This document shows, one piece after another, positions 23,349 to 34,859 of a DNA stretch of 64,000 bases. Position numbers and translations under genes: made by a program. Within the stretch, counting starts at the first letter, position 1. Every line of letters starts with the position of its first letter. Source of the DNA: an uncultured delta proteobacterium (GTDB lineage Bacteria > Myxococcota > Myxococcia > Myxococcales > Myxococcaceae); the NCBI GenBank assembly GCA_963771175.1, contig CAVYSY010000058.1:32001-96000 (forward strand), read 5' to 3'. The notes beneath the pieces were generated by a model. That model ran no database searches, was not told where the DNA came from, and saw nothing but the letters and a program-made list of their open reading frames with translations.

Positions 23349-25128
23349 CTACTCCTCCTCGGGTGGGGCCTCCATGTACTCGGGGGCGTTGATGCCCAGC
23401 AGCGCGAAGGCACTCCGCAGCGTCTGCTTCAGCGCCGCCACCATCGCGAGCCGGCCCTGCGTCTTCTCCGCGTCGCCGCTGATGATCGGGTCCGTCTTGT
23501 ACTTCGTGTAGTAGCTGTGGAAGTCCGTGATCAGCTCCTGGCAGAAGTACAGCACGTGGTGCGGCTCGAGCCGCTCGGCCGCGCTGGCCACCACGTCCGG
23601 GAGCTGGCTCATCTTCTTCAGCATCGCCAGCTCCTCGGGCAGCGTGAGCCGGGCCAGGTGTGCCGGGGTGAGCCCCTCCACCCCCACGAACGGCTGCCCC
23701 TTCTCCACCGCCTTCTTCAGGATGCTCGCGCACCGCGCGTGGCCATACTGGAAGTAGAAGACCGGGTTGTCCTTCGACTGCTTCTGCACCAGGTCCAGGT
23801 CGAAGTCGAAGCGCGCGTTCGCCGTCTTCATCAGGAAGAGGAACCGGCACACGTCCGGACCCACCTCCTGGATGAGATCCTCCAGCTCGAAGACCGTGCC
23901 CTTGCGCTTGCTGACCTTCACCTCCTCGCCGCCGCGAGTGATCCGCACGATCTGCACCAGCAGGAACTCGAGCCGCTTCGGATCCAACCCGAGCAGGATG
24001 GTCCCCGCCCTGATGCGCGGCGTGTGCCCGGCATGGTCCGCGCCCAGCACGTCGATGATGCGGTCGAAGCCCCGGTCGTACTTCTCCTTGTGGTACGCCG
24101 AGATCCGCCGTCAGGTACACCGGCGTCCCGTCCTGCCGGAGAATCACACGGTCCTCGTCGTCCCCGTGCTGGCTCGTCATCAGGAACGTGCCGCCCCGCT
24201 GCCGATCCGTGTACTGGGCCGCCTTGCTGTCCTCGCTCCGGACCTTCTCCGTCTCGCGCCGAGCCTCCGCGGCCTCGTACGTCGCGCCGCGCTTCTTGTA
24301 CTCCTCGGCGACCGCCGCCACCTTGCCCGCCGCGTGCAGCGAAGCCTCGCTGAAGAACACGTCGTGCCGGATGTTCGCCTGCTCCAGCGACGCCTTGATG
24401 GCCTTCAGGTTCTCGCGGACTCCCACCGCGATCGCCGCGGGCAGCCACTCGGACTCCGGCGCCGTCAAGTACCCCTCGCCCACCTCCTCCTTCCACGTCT
24501 TGGCGATGTCGATGACGTACTCGGCCGGGTACTCCCCCTCGCCGAGTTGGATCTGCTCGCCGAAGAGCTGCCGGTAGCGCTTGTAGACCGTCCGGCCCAG
24601 CGTCTCCACCTGCTTGCCGTAGTCGTTGATGTAGAACTCGCGCGTCACGTCGTGCCCGGCTGCCTCCAGCAGCCGCGACACCGCGTCTCCCATGAAGGCC
24701 CCGCGCGCGTGGCCGATGTGCACCGGGCCCGTCGGGTTCGCCGAGACGAACTCCACCATGACGCGCTTGCCCGTCGACTTCGGCGCCTGCCGCCCGAACG
24801 TCTCCCCGGCCCGCAGCACCTCGGCCGCCACCTGCTGGATGACCTGCTGCTTCAGCGTGAAGTTGAGGAAGCCCGGGCCCGCCACCTCCACCTTTTCGAT
24901 GATGCCCGCCGTGTCCACCAGCCCCTTCACGATGGCGTTCGCGATGTCCCGGGGCGGCTTGCCCTCGGGCTTCGTGAGCAGCATCGCCACGTTGACCGCC
25001 CAGTCACCGTGGGCCACGTTCTTCGGAGGCTCCACCGTGTAGCCCGGAACCTGCTCCAGCTTGAGCGTGCCCGCGGCCTTCAGCGCCGCGAGCGTTTCAT
25101 TGATGAGAGCGAAAACCTTCTGCCGCAT
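23349..25128 (-). CDS. argS: Arginine--tRNA ligase (frameshift near 24100)
   Basis: EFVSANPTGPVHIGHAR (HIGH), GADH, VSKRKG, YFQYGHAR, anticodon domain. Confidence 0.96.
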
Positions 25129-25194
25129 GGTGACGTCTTTTCTCCGAGTAACGGGCTTTGGGGCCGCGCAATATAGGCAGAACCGCCGAGGGTT

Positions 25195-26775
25195 TCACTG
25201 CTCGCGCAGGACGAGCAACCCGCGCAGGGTGTCCACCGCGTAGATGAACCCATCACCGGGGACGCGGATGCCGATGGCTCCAGAGAAGTAGTAGCCCGGC
25301 TCACCGGCGCTCTCCCTCCAGGTGTTGTAGTAGGCCACCTGCGTGGGCTGGGTGGGGTTGGAGACGTCCAGCACGCGCACGCCCTCCTGGTACCAGGCGA
25401 TGTAGAGCTTCTTGCCCACCAGCACCAGGTTGTGAATGGAGATTTCGGGGCGGAGCTGGAACTCGCCGATCTTCACGATCTTCGCCGGGTCCGTGACATC
25501 GAGCACGCGCAGGTGCTCTCCCGAGCCCTCGCCACCCTCGAAGGCGATGGTGCGGCCGCCGAAGGTGCCCACGGCGTTGTGGTGGGCGTACTGCAGGGGA
25601 TAAGTGAAGCTGCCGAGCGTGCGGATGGCGTTCGGGTCGCTCACGTCGGCCACCACGAGGCCATCGAAGCTGGAGCTGATGTAGAGCCGGTCGCCCGTGG
25701 CGAACATGTCGTGAGGGAACCCCCCGATGCGGTTGAGCTCGACGGGCTGAGTGGGCGTGGTGACGTCGAAGAGGATGACCCCCATGACGTCCGCGGCGTA
25801 GAGGCGGTTGCCCTCGACGAAGACGGTGTGGACGTTGCTGTTGCCGCCGGGCAGGGCGCTCAGCAGTAGCGGCTCGGCCGGATTGCTGATGTCGAAGACG
25901 AGCACGCCCCTGTTGGCACTGGCGACATAGAGCGCGTCCCCCTTGGCCCACACGCCGTTCCAGTAGGTGTCGTTCTCCATCTGGATCGTCTTCACCTTCA
26001 CGGGCGCGTCCTTGTTGCTCACATCGAAGACGGTGAGGCCGCCCTTCTTCTCCAGCCTGTTGATGGACACCACATAGGCATGGCCCTTGGTGACGTAGAC
26101 GTCCACCGGGGTGCCGAGCTCCACGGCGTTCTCGGAGACGAGCGCCAGGCCCGAGGCCTCGGACTCACCGTCGCGCCACTTCATCCGCTCGGCCTTGAAG
26201 GTCTGCTGCGAGGACACCTTCCCGTTGCGGCAGATGGCCATGCAGCCGGTGAACCCGGGAGCCTGGGGCGCCTCGCAGGTGGCGAGCATCGTGAGGACGC
26301 TACTGCCACTCACGGTGGTGAAGACGGTGGAATAGAAGCGGGCGTTTCCATCGCTCGCCAGCCCGGTGATGGGCCGGCTACTGAGGTACTGGGTGCCGCC
26401 GTCACTGCGGAGGTCGAGGGTGGCGGCACTGAAGGAGGGGGTGCTCCGGTTGGTGCGGGTGGTCAGCAGGTGCGAGCCCTCGGTGCCCGCGTTCGCGAGC
26501 GACGCGCGGTCGCAGGCCGAGAGGTCGAAGATGCTGAAGTCGGTGCAGGGGGCTCCGGCGGTGGCGGTGAAGGTGCAGGAGGAGAAGGGGCCCGTGTCCG
26601 TCCATGTGTTGCCCTTCTCCTCGAGCACAACGTAGCCACCATCCCACTCGTAGCCGGTGCTGGCATCGGGGGTGGAGGCATCCGGGGAGTCCGTGGGCTC
26701 CGCTGGCGGAGGGCAGCCGAGGAAGGAGAGAGCGCAGGCGAACAACGTGGTCCAGGAGAGGCGAGTCCAGGTCAT
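25195..26775 (-). CDS. LVIVD-repeat beta-propeller lipoprotein
   Basis: Lipobox FLG|C; repeated LTVFDVSN, VLVFDISNP, LRVLDVTDP, VRVLDVSNP. Confidence 0.85.
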   Translation of the reverse strand: MTWTRLSWTTLFACALSFLGCPPPAEPTDSPDASTPDASTGYEWDGGYVVLEEKGNTWTDTGPFSSCTFTATAGAPCTDFSIFDLSACDRASLANAGTEGSHLLTTRTNRSTPSFSAATLDLRSDGGTQYLSSRPITGLASDGNARFYSTVFTTVSGSSVLTMLATCEAPQAPGFTGCMAICRNGKVSSQQTFKAERMKWRDGESEASGLALVSENAVELGTPVDVYVTKGHAYVVSINRLEKKGGLTVFDVSNKDAPVKVKTIQMENDTYWNGVWAKGDALYVASANRGVLVFDISNPAEPLLLSALPGGNSNVHTVFVEGNRLYAADVMGVILFDVTTPTQPVELNRIGGFPHDMFATGDRLYISSSFDGLVVADVSDPNAIRTLGSFTYPLQYAHHNAVGTFGGRTIAFEGGEGSGEHLRVLDVTDPAKIVKIGEFQLRPEISIHNLVLVGKKLYIAWYQEGVRVLDVSNPTQPTQVAYYNTWRESAGEPGYYFSGAIGIRVPGDGFIYAVDTLRGLLVLREQ

Positions 26776-26880
26776 GAGAGGCGTTTCCCGTGAAAGAAGG
26801 GGCACGCATCGTTCCTGAGGGAGCGCTGCCGGTACAAAGCAGGGCTCCAATCGGCAAGTGTCAACCCGGGCGTTTTGAAT

Positions 26881-28494
26881 TCAGTCGAGGATGCGCAGCT
26901 CGAGCTCGGAGAGCGACCTCGACACCGGTGGGCCCCAGAGTTCCTCGGACAGCTCGAGCCCATCACGCGCGAACACCAGCATGTTCGTGCCATTGAAGAG
27001 CGGAATGGAGGAGCGCAGCGTGTATCCACCCCGCTCCCGGATTGAGCTCAACGCCCCCGCCTCGGCGGACTGGATGTGGAGGACGTGGGTGCGGGGGTCG
27101 CGCACGTCGTCGAGCGAGCTGGCGATGACGAGCGCGGGGGCACGCTGCCGGAAGTAGCGCTCGTCCCACTCCTTGCGCAGGTGGACGCCTCGCTGCCGGG
27201 CGATGTGTGCGTCGGTGAGGCCGACGAGGTCCAGCACGGAGCCCCTGAAGTGCCAACCAAAGCGGCCGATGTCCATCAGCGCCACCGTCTCGACGCCCGC
27301 TGTCTCATTGGCGACCTGACCGAGCTCCGCCCAGGCCAGCGTGGGGTACTGCGCGGCATCGTTGCGCTCCAACCGCGCGGCCACGTGGGCCCCGAGCACG
27401 CCCGCGACACCGACCCCCGCCAACCACCTCCAGCGTCCCTTCGCCAGGGCGAAGCCCGTCCCGGCCAGCACCGCGAAGGCCACCATCGTGAGGCTGAAGC
27501 GGCGATAGCCCGGCATCCAGTCCCCTCCGCTCCAGACGGTGGCGATGCCCAGCAGGAGCCCCAGGAGCAGGAGGATTCGAGTGGCCGCGACCGAACGGCG
27601 CAGGGCGGGGACGATGGCCAGAGGGCCCACCACGCCCAGCCCGAAGCCGAAGAAGTAGGACAGATAGCGAAGCCCCTTGGCCGCGTCCGGGGGCTTCGCC
27701 TGGTAGGTGTTGGGAACGAGCGCGCCGTAGTAGCTCCAGCGGAAGGCCTCGGTCGCGGCCAGGATGAGGGCAAACGGCACCAACATCCGGAGCGCCTGCT
27801 GGCGCGTGGAGCGCTGGAGCAGCAGCAGCCCACACAGCAGCAGCCCGGCGAGCACTCCCTCGGGACGGGTCATGCCGAGGAGCCCCAGGAGGATACCGCC
27901 CAGGACGGCCGTCCCGCGGCGCCCCTCCTCGAGCCGAGCGGCTTGCGAGAGGCTCCACACGAAGAGCAGCGTGAAGAGCGGCGTCTCGAGGCCGGAGAGC
28001 GCGTGGAAGGCCATGGAGCCCGAGAGCGCGAGAGCCGCTCCGGTGACGGCGGCGGCCACCCGCCCATCCCCACCGGCAGCGCTCGCGAGGCTCCCGGCGA
28101 GGCGGGCCCCGAGGGCGATCGTCGCCAGGTGGCAGACCGCACCCAGGACGCGTGCGCCAAAGATGGGATCCAACCCGGGGAGCAGCGCGATCCACGACGC
28201 CGAGAGCAGCGTCCACAGCAGGTTGGTCATGCCCTCGACCGGCGGCTGCGTGACATCGAAGGTGAGCGCCCCGTGCTCGAGCCAGTTCCGGGCGATCCGG
28301 AACGAGATCCACGCGTCGTCGATCGCGAAGTGTGGCGATGCGTAATCCACCATGCGCACGACGCCGAGGAGGAGCACCCCGAGGACCACGGTCCTCAGCC
28401 CAGGGGAGTCGGCCTCGGGCGCCGGGGACCCCCGAGGAGCCGCTGGTGGATCACCCGGGCTGAGCTGTGCGCTTCGAGTCATGGAGCCGAGCAC
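26881..28494 (-). CDS. GT-C superfamily integral membrane glycosyltransferase (ArnT/PMT/AftB-like)
   Basis: DDAWISFRIARN, VEGMTN, SGLETPL, TRPEG, PNTY, GDWM..RF, DLVGLTD; many TM helices. Confidence 0.75.
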   Translation of the reverse strand: MLGSMTRSAQLSPGDPPAAPRGSPAPEADSPGLRTVVLGVLLLGVVRMVDYASPHFAIDDAWISFRIARNWLEHGALTFDVTQPPVEGMTNLLWTLLSASWIALLPGLDPIFGARVLGAVCHLATIALGARLAGSLASAAGGDGRVAAAVTGAALALSGSMAFHALSGLETPLFTLLFVWSLSQAARLEEGRRGTAVLGGILLGLLGMTRPEGVLAGLLLCGLLLLQRSTRQQALRMLVPFALILAATEAFRWSYYGALVPNTYQAKPPDAAKGLRYLSYFFGFGLGVVGPLAIVPALRRSVAATRILLLLGLLLGIATVWSGGDWMPGYRRFSLTMVAFAVLAGTGFALAKGRWRWLAGVGVAGVLGAHVAARLERNDAAQYPTLAWAELGQVANETAGVETVALMDIGRFGWHFRGSVLDLVGLTDAHIARQRGVHLRKEWDERYFRQRAPALVIASSLDDVRDPRTHVLHIQSAEAGALSSIRERGGYTLRSSIPLFNGTNMLVFARDGLELSEELWGPPVSRSLSELELRILD

Positions 28495-28601
28495 GATGAC
28501 ACGTCGTCAAACCGGCGCTCAATGAACAACCCAATGGCACCGGTCGGACGGGCAACGGAGCCAGGGGCCGCACGCGACTCATGCGCCGCCTCGCGGCCGG
28601 C

Positions 28602-30422
28602 TCATTTGGCGCGCGGGGGCATCCCCTGAGCCGAGACCTGGACTTCCTGCCAGTCATAGCCTCTCACGAAGTCCGACACCTTGTCGGAGACGCTGCTCAC
28701 GAGCGACAGCGCATCCTCGGAGGCCCTGAGCCGCCGCAGCGTCTGATCCATCGCCTGGGACACTTCATTGATGGACTTGAAGATTTCCTCGATGCCCGTG
28801 TTCTGCTGGGACACTGCGGAAGAGATCTGCCGCACGGAGGAGCCACTCTCTCGCACCATGCTGGAGAGCTGGCGCACGCTGTTGCCGAACTCGCGCACCT
28901 GCGCGAGCCCCTCGTTGACGCGCTCGCCGCCGCGCTCGGAGATGATGACCGTCTCATTGATGGCGGTGCCGATATCCTCGAGGATGTTGCGGACATTGTC
29001 GGTCGCACGAATGGACTGGTTAGCCAGCGTGCGGATTTCGCGCGCGACCACGCCGAAGCCCTTGCCCTGCTCGCCGGAGCGCACGGCCTCGATGGCGGCA
29101 TTGAGGGCGAGCATGTTGGACTGGTCCGCCAGCCCCTTCACCGTGTCGGTGATGCCAGCGATCTGCCGGGCCTTGTCCCGGAGCTCCTGGATGTGATGGG
29201 CCATCTGCTGCACGTGCTCGCGGATGTCCTGGAGGCTGTTCACGCTGCGCTCGATGGCGTCCTCCGCGATGCGGCTGATGGCATCGGCCTGTTCCGTCTG
29301 GCGCATGACGGACTCCGCCTTTTGCGAGGCCAGCATCGAGGTCTGCTTGATTTCCTGCGCGGTGACCTGCGTCTCCTGGATGGCCGCGGCCTGACGGACG
29401 AGCACCTCGTTCTGCTCGAGCGTGGACGTCCCCAGCGCCTGGGCCGAGCCCGCCAGCGAACGGGCCGATTCACCCAGCGAGACGGAGAACCTCTTGAGGT
29501 GAATGAAGACCCTGGCCGTCGCCATCGCCAGGTCCCCCACCTCGTCCGTGCCCACCCAGTCCGGCAGCCGCGGGGAGCCAGAGGCCAGCGCCGCGACGGC
29601 CTGCTGCACGGAGAGCGCCCCCTCCGACTGGTAGCTCGCCAACCTCCAGGCGGACGCTCCCGCCGTCACCACCAGGAAGAGCCCGAGCAGCGCCAGCGGG
29701 GTCTCCACCCGATCCCACATGTTGCCCGCCAGCGTCCGCAGCGCCGGCTCGTACTGGGCGGGCGAGAGCTGGCCCGCGGTCGCCATCAGCTCGGAGATGG
29801 CGCTGTCGGCGCCCCTCACGAAGATGGTCGCCAGGATGGCACCGGTACAGACGACATACATCCCGATGAGGTAGGGCAGGTACCACTTCTGGCGGGGCCA
29901 GAAGAATCCACTCCCCTCGAGCTCGAAGCGCTGGAGCTGGTGGAACTGGGCCACCACGTAGGGACGCAGCGTCTTCTCCATGGTCAGCCGGATGTCCACC
30001 CACATGATCTGCGTCAGAAGGATGACCAGCAGGGCAGCCCAAGGACCCGTCCAGATGCTCTTCCCGTAATAGAGGCTGGGCAGCGTTGTGTAGAGGAGCG
30101 AGGCGAACGCGCCAGCCACCACGAGATTCAGCTCGATGGCCCGCGGTGCCCTCAACAGGTAGTACAATCGCCGCTCCGCCCCGTGCGCGGTCTCGTTGAA
30201 GGCGGGACGCAGCGCGGAGCGGATGCTCAGGTAGGGCACCAACAGGCCCACGGGGATGAACAGCAGGGGGAGCAGGTACGCGAGCGTGGTGCGCTGCTGC
30301 GCCTTCTCCAGGTCCATGACCAGCGCCACCATATAGGCCACGGCGGGCACGGCCGGCGTGTTGCGCACCTGGTACTGGAGGAAGAGTCTGTTGATCAGCC
30401 TGTTGAAGTCGGAAGCAGTCAT
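28602..30422 (-). CDS. Methyl-accepting chemotaxis protein (orphan)
   Basis: Multi-TM N-terminus, HAMP (DEVGDLA), [31 protein letters not shown]. Confidence 0.93.
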   Translation of the reverse strand: MTASDFNRLINRLFLQYQVRNTPAVPAVAYMVALVMDLEKAQQRTTLAYLLPLLFIPVGLLVPYLSIRSALRPAFNETAHGAERRLYYLLRAPRAIELNLVVAGAFASLLYTTLPSLYYGKSIWTGPWAALLVILLTQIMWVDIRLTMEKTLRPYVVAQFHQLQRFELEGSGFFWPRQKWYLPYLIGMYVVCTGAILATIFVRGADSAISELMATAGQLSPAQYEPALRTLAGNMWDRVETPLALLGLFLVVTAGASAWRLASYQSEGALSVQQAVAALASGSPRLPDWVGTDEVGDLAMATARVFIHLKRFSVSLGESARSLAGSAQALGTSTLEQNEVLVRQAAAIQETQVTAQEIKQTSMLASQKAESVMRQTEQADAISRIAEDAIERSVNSLQDIREHVQQMAHHIQELRDKARQIAGITDTVKGLADQSNMLALNAAIEAVRSGEQGKGFGVVAREIRTLANQSIRATDNVRNILEDIGTAINETVIISERGGERVNEGLAQVREFGNSVRQLSSMVRESGSSVRQISSAVSQQNTGIEEIFKSINEVSQAMDQTLRRLRASEDALSLVSSVSDKVSDFVRGYDWQEVQVSAQGMPPRAK

Positions 30423-30510
30423 GAGCGTGTGGAGAGCGCGAAGCTTGGGTTCGGCACTGCCCTGGGCCCGCTTATCGAATCCAACATCACCGCCCCCAAG
30501 GCGCGTGAGC

Positions 30511-31411
30511 CTAGAGGAGAATCAGTGCACTTGCCAGCAGGGCGCAGTACCAGTACGTGAGCAGCAGGTAGGTGCGGTGATCCTGGGTGGACGAGTGCAG
30601 CCACACCACCCGGACGGCGATGAGCAGCGACAAGAGCGTCAGTCCCGCATCGCACATCCACACCAGCGGCCGAGCGCTGAGTGGCCGCATCAGGACGAAG
30701 TGGATGGCGACGGGCAGCACGCCGAAGAAGACGCCGAGGAACCGACGCGTGAATCGCTCGCCATATCTCTGAGGGAACGTGCACCGCCCGGCCAGGGCAT
30801 CTCCCCGCCATGTCCCGCAGATCCTGTAGGGACACCAGCGGCAGGATGACCACGGCCGGGAAGAGAATCCACCTCCACGCCTCCTCCGTCAGAGGCGTGA
30901 TGAGCTGCCAGGCGGCACCGAGCTGCACGATGATTCCCACCGACATGCAGGAATTCTTCACCACCCAGTGGCGGGACAGGTTGGCGAGGTTGTGCACCAC
31001 GATGACGAGCAGCCACAGGGCCGCGTACACGAGCACACCAAGTCCGGCACCTACCAGCAGGAACAGCGCCATCGTCACGTACAGCCGCAGGCGGGCCGCC
31101 TCGGGCGTCACCATCCCCGTCACCAGCGGGCGGTGCGGCTTGTTCGTCCTGTCCTCCTCTATCCCCGCCAGCTGGTTGGCCAGGCAGAAGGTATAGATGT
31201 AGAGCCAGAAGTAGAGCAGGCTCCTCGCCAGCACCGCGGGCAGGTGCCCCCAGACGGCGCCGTCCACCTTCCACGCCACCAGCGAGAACAGCAGGGGTGG
31301 GACCACAGCGGAGGAGAGGTCTCCCGCGATGAAGGCCCAGCTCAACCTCAGCTCGTACACCAGGGGATTCGCCGGGAACCCACGCGAATTCATGGCGGCA
31401 TGTGCGTCCAT
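30511..31411 (-). CDS. UbiA-superfamily protein with terpene-cyclase-type motifs (extra G near 30805)
   Basis: [17 protein letters not shown] and QDLRDMAGD (after removing one G from a G-run); multiple TM helices. Confidence 0.8.
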
Positions 31412-31558
31412 GATTGTTCAGCTTACCACGAAGGCCCGGAATAATGGCTTCGGGAGCAAGCCCTGACAGCCCGGCCCGAAGAGGCATCCGGGCGGGCATC
31501 GCCCCCCACCCCCTCCGGCTGGAATAATTCGAAGGTGGCGAGCCGTTGCGCCTGCCGC

Positions 31559-32848
31559 ATGCGCCCTGCACGCTCCCGCCTTCCGTTGCTGCTCGCCCTC
31601 CTGCTCCCCCTGGGAGCGAGCGCATTCTCGGTCCCCGATCACGAGACGATGACCCGGGCGTCCGTCGCTGCCGCGCTCAGGTCGGGCGTCCTGCCCCAGC
31701 TCGCGGCGCACCAGTCGACCGTGGTGGAGGGGAGCCGGGCGGAGGACCTGAACCTCCCCGTCAAGTGGACCGGCTATCACCACTTCTTCCACCCGGGCAC
31801 GTCGCTCGACTCCACCTTCCGCAAGGACTCCGGGGCCCGCGTCCGCGCGCTGTGGGCAGAGGCCGAGGAGGCCGCGAGCAACGGCGACCTCGCGCGGGCC
31901 TTCGACCGCGTCGGCCACCTGGTGCACCACATCCAGGACATGGCGGTGCCCATGCACGTGGTGCCGGTGATGCATGGGCTCTCGGACCGCTTCGAGCAGC
32001 ACACGGCGAGGCAGGCGCTGCTCTCCGTCGGACGGGAGCTCACGCCGCTCTCCGGTGAGGAAGCCCAGCTCGCGCTGGCCCGGGAGACACTGGAGGTGGT
32101 GCGCACGGGCTCGCTGCCGGTGGAAGGGGGAGCCATCCCCTGGAGCGCCTTCTGGGCCGAGCCCACCTCCCGCGGGCCGGGCACGTTCGGCGGCTATGGC
32201 GTGGTGGGCAACGCCTTCGATTCGACGGAGGTGCGCTGGCAGGGGCGATCGTGGACGGCGGACCCCTCGGCGTATGAGGAGTTCGTGGACGCGCGCGTCG
32301 AGTCGGCCGTGGCCTACTCCCGCGCATTCCTCCTCTGGGCGACGCGGCGTCTCACCACCCTGGCGGAGGCCCGCGAGTACGCCGCGGCCCCGCGGTGGAA
32401 GCCCTCTCCCCTGCTCGGCCTCGAGCTGTTGGGAGGAGCCGCCACCTCGCTCCGCGGCGCCATACCGGTGGCGGGCGCGCGAGCCCTGTTTCCCCTCCCC
32501 TGGGCCATGGGGCTCGCGGCCGGCTACGCACGGGCCCTGGGCCATCCACTCTCGGGAGCGGGGGCGGGGGCCTGGTCACTCTCGCTGCTCTCCCCTCCCC
32601 TGCTGACTGCGCGGCTCGGCTACTCGCGGGGGCTCGACCTGCGCGCCACGGTGGGCGCGGGCCTGTCCTCCCTGGGCGGGATGCTCCACCCGGAGCTGCC
32701 GCTCGGCCTGCGTCTCCACACCCTGCTCGGTCGAAGGGTCTCCCTCAGCGCGGAGGCGCAGTACCGGGCCTTCGCGCCCCAAACGGCCCCCTGGTCGCAA
32801 GGCGTCACCCTCACCGTGGGCACCGGCTTCACTTGGGGTGACAACTAG
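31559..32848 (+). CDS. Secreted Zn-dependent phospholipase C/S1-P1-like domain plus C-terminal beta-rich domain
   Basis: Signal ASA|FSVPDH, ED...HHF, GHLVHHIQDMAVPMH, DRFE; amphipathic beta C-terminus ending TGFTW. Confidence 0.6.
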   Translation: MRPARSRLPLLLALLLPLGASAFSVPDHETMTRASVAAALRSGVLPQLAAHQSTVVEGSRAEDLNLPVKWTGYHHFFHPGTSLDSTFRKDSGARVRALWAEAEEAASNGDLARAFDRVGHLVHHIQDMAVPMHVVPVMHGLSDRFEQHTARQALLSVGRELTPLSGEEAQLALARETLEVVRTGSLPVEGGAIPWSAFWAEPTSRGPGTFGGYGVVGNAFDSTEVRWQGRSWTADPSAYEEFVDARVESAVAYSRAFLLWATRRLTTLAEAREYAAAPRWKPSPLLGLELLGGAATSLRGAIPVAGARALFPLPWAMGLAAGYARALGHPLSGAGAGAWSLSLLSPPLLTARLGYSRGLDLRATVGAGLSSLGGMLHPELPLGLRLHTLLGRRVSLSAEAQYRAFAPQTAPWSQGVTLTVGTGFTWGDN

Positions 32849-32921
32849 GGCCGGCGGCGCTCCGCGGGTTCATGAAACGCGCTGGCACACTGCCTCGTGT
32901 GCGGGCACCCTCCCCCTCCCC

Positions 32922-33587
32922 ATGTCCTCTCGACCCGAGAAAGAACCCATCACCCCGCAGCGCCTCATGGAGGAGGAGTACTTCGAGAACGAGACGTTCG
33001 CGCACCTGGACCTCCAGGGAGCCAACCTCGGCGGGAAGGAATTCTATCGCTGCACCTTCCAGAGCGCCCACCTCCAGGAGAGCCGCTGGACCGGGAGCAA
33101 GCTGGAGGCGTGCGTCTTCCGTGGCTGCGACCTCACCCGCGCGCAGCTCACGCACACGGCGCTGCGGGACGTGCGCTTCGAGGGTTCGAAGCTGATGGGC
33201 ATCGACTGGTCGGCCATCTCGCCCAACCCCGAGCTGGCTTTCGACGAGTGCAACCTGCGCTACTGCTCGTTCGTCGGCCTCAGCCTGCGCAAGACCGTCT
33301 TCGCGCGCTGTACCGCCCTCGAAGTGAACTTCCTCGACGTGGACCTGAGCGACACGGACTTCACCGGAACGGACCTCTCCGGCAGCAACTTCCGGGGATG
33401 TACGCTCACGCGCGCGGACCTCCGAGGGACGCGGGGGGTGTTCATCGATCCCGCCGCCCACAACCGCCTCAAGGCCACCCGGGTCCCCGTCGAGACGGCG
33501 GTCCTCATCGCCCAGACGCTCGGGATGCTCGTGGCCGGCTACGGCGATGAGACGGCCGCGCGCGGAGAGCGGAAGAAGGGCCGATAG
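32922..33587 (+). CDS. Pentapeptide repeat protein
   Basis: Tandem (A/C/T)(D/N)(L/F)xx repeats, e.g. TDFTGTDLSGSNFRGCTLTRADL. Confidence 0.9.
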   Translation: MSSRPEKEPITPQRLMEEEYFENETFAHLDLQGANLGGKEFYRCTFQSAHLQESRWTGSKLEACVFRGCDLTRAQLTHTALRDVRFEGSKLMGIDWSAISPNPELAFDECNLRYCSFVGLSLRKTVFARCTALEVNFLDVDLSDTDFTGTDLSGSNFRGCTLTRADLRGTRGVFIDPAAHNRLKATRVPVETAVLIAQTLGMLVAGYGDETAARGERKKGR

Positions 33588-33710
33588 AGAGGAGCTCGCT
33601 CCACGGCGTGGCATTGCGCTCGGAGCGGGACGCACCCAATGGGTCCGCCTCGCGATTGCCAACATCGCACGCCCTGGAGGCCTCACTTCACCCTGTCTAC
33701 GGTGAAGACC

Positions 33711-34787
33711 ATGAGAAGAGACGACTGGTTCGAGAAGTTCACCCTCGCGCACGAGCTGTCCACGAACTGGGTGGACGAGGGCGCCCGGAAGCAGTTCCTC
33801 GAGGCGCTCTCCGCTCTGGAGAAGGTTCTGGACGGAGCAGACTCCGCACGGGCCTTCGACATACCGGGGCTGTACGGTTTCCACAGCCGGGTCGCACGCC
33901 TGAAACCCGAGGAGAGCAAGTGGGCCGAGCGGCTCGGCGAGCGCCTCTGGAAGGCGAAAGGCTCGGGGCGGACGTTCGCCGAGGAGTCACTGCTGGGACA
34001 GGTGGCGGTCCAGGCCAACCCGGACTCCCTCCCCTTCTTCCGCGCCGCCGTGGAAACCAACCGGGCGCGAGATGCCTTCCAGGTCCAGCGCAGGCGGATC
34101 GCCGTGGCCGCCGTCGCCTTCACCGCCCTCCAGACGGGGGACGCGGCCGCGCACGCCCAGCTCGAGGCCTGGCTGGCGCACCCGGACATCCCGGTGCGCA
34201 CCGAGGCCACGGCCGTCTACGGGCGTCTGCACCTGTCGAAGAAGGGCCGGCTGGAGCCAGCGGCACGCGCGGCGCTCGAGCGCGTGGCGTATCAGGACCG
34301 GGCCTTCGCTCCGCGCTTCCTCGCTCGCGGCTGGCTGCACGCGACGGGCATCCCGGTTCGCGTCGAGCCGCCCGACGGCGTCTACGCCTTCAGGGCCTCG
34401 CTCGGTTACGCCTCGCGAACGCTGGAGCTGAAGGCATCCGATTCTCTCTCCGACCTCGCCTCCTTCATCCTGAGCGCCTTCGGGTGGGACCATGACCACC
34501 TGTACGAGTTCGCGCTCAGCGGCGACATTCGCGACCGACGCTTCACCATCCCGGAGTTCACCGAGGGAATGCCCGAGGAGGAGGCGGCAGGCGACTTGAG
34601 CCTTCCCCTGGGCGGGTTCGGCATCCCCAAGGGCCACACCTTCGTCTTCCGCTATGACTTCGGAGACGACAACCGCTTCCGGGTGACCGTCGTGGACATC
34701 CAGGAGCATGCACGTCCGGGCGAGAGGTACCCTCGGGTGGTGGCCAGCACGGGCCAGGCCCCCGAGCAGTATTCGTACGACCTGTGA
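33711..34787 (+). CDS. Helical-repeat protein with C-terminal pRiA4b ORF-3-like domain
   Basis: AFGWDHDHLYEF and FRYDFGDDNRF...YPRV motifs. Confidence 0.75.
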   Translation: MRRDDWFEKFTLAHELSTNWVDEGARKQFLEALSALEKVLDGADSARAFDIPGLYGFHSRVARLKPEESKWAERLGERLWKAKGSGRTFAEESLLGQVAVQANPDSLPFFRAAVETNRARDAFQVQRRRIAVAAVAFTALQTGDAAAHAQLEAWLAHPDIPVRTEATAVYGRLHLSKKGRLEPAARAALERVAYQDRAFAPRFLARGWLHATGIPVRVEPPDGVYAFRASLGYASRTLELKASDSLSDLASFILSAFGWDHDHLYEFALSGDIRDRRFTIPEFTEGMPEEEAAGDLSLPLGGFGIPKGHTFVFRYDFGDDNRFRVTVVDIQEHARPGERYPRVVASTGQAPEQYSYDL

Positions 34788-34859
34788 ACCCGCTCGGCTC
34801 GGCCTTTCCCCTGCTTTGTTGCGCCGGGCCCACGGTGGGGATAGGGAGACCGTCCTCGT

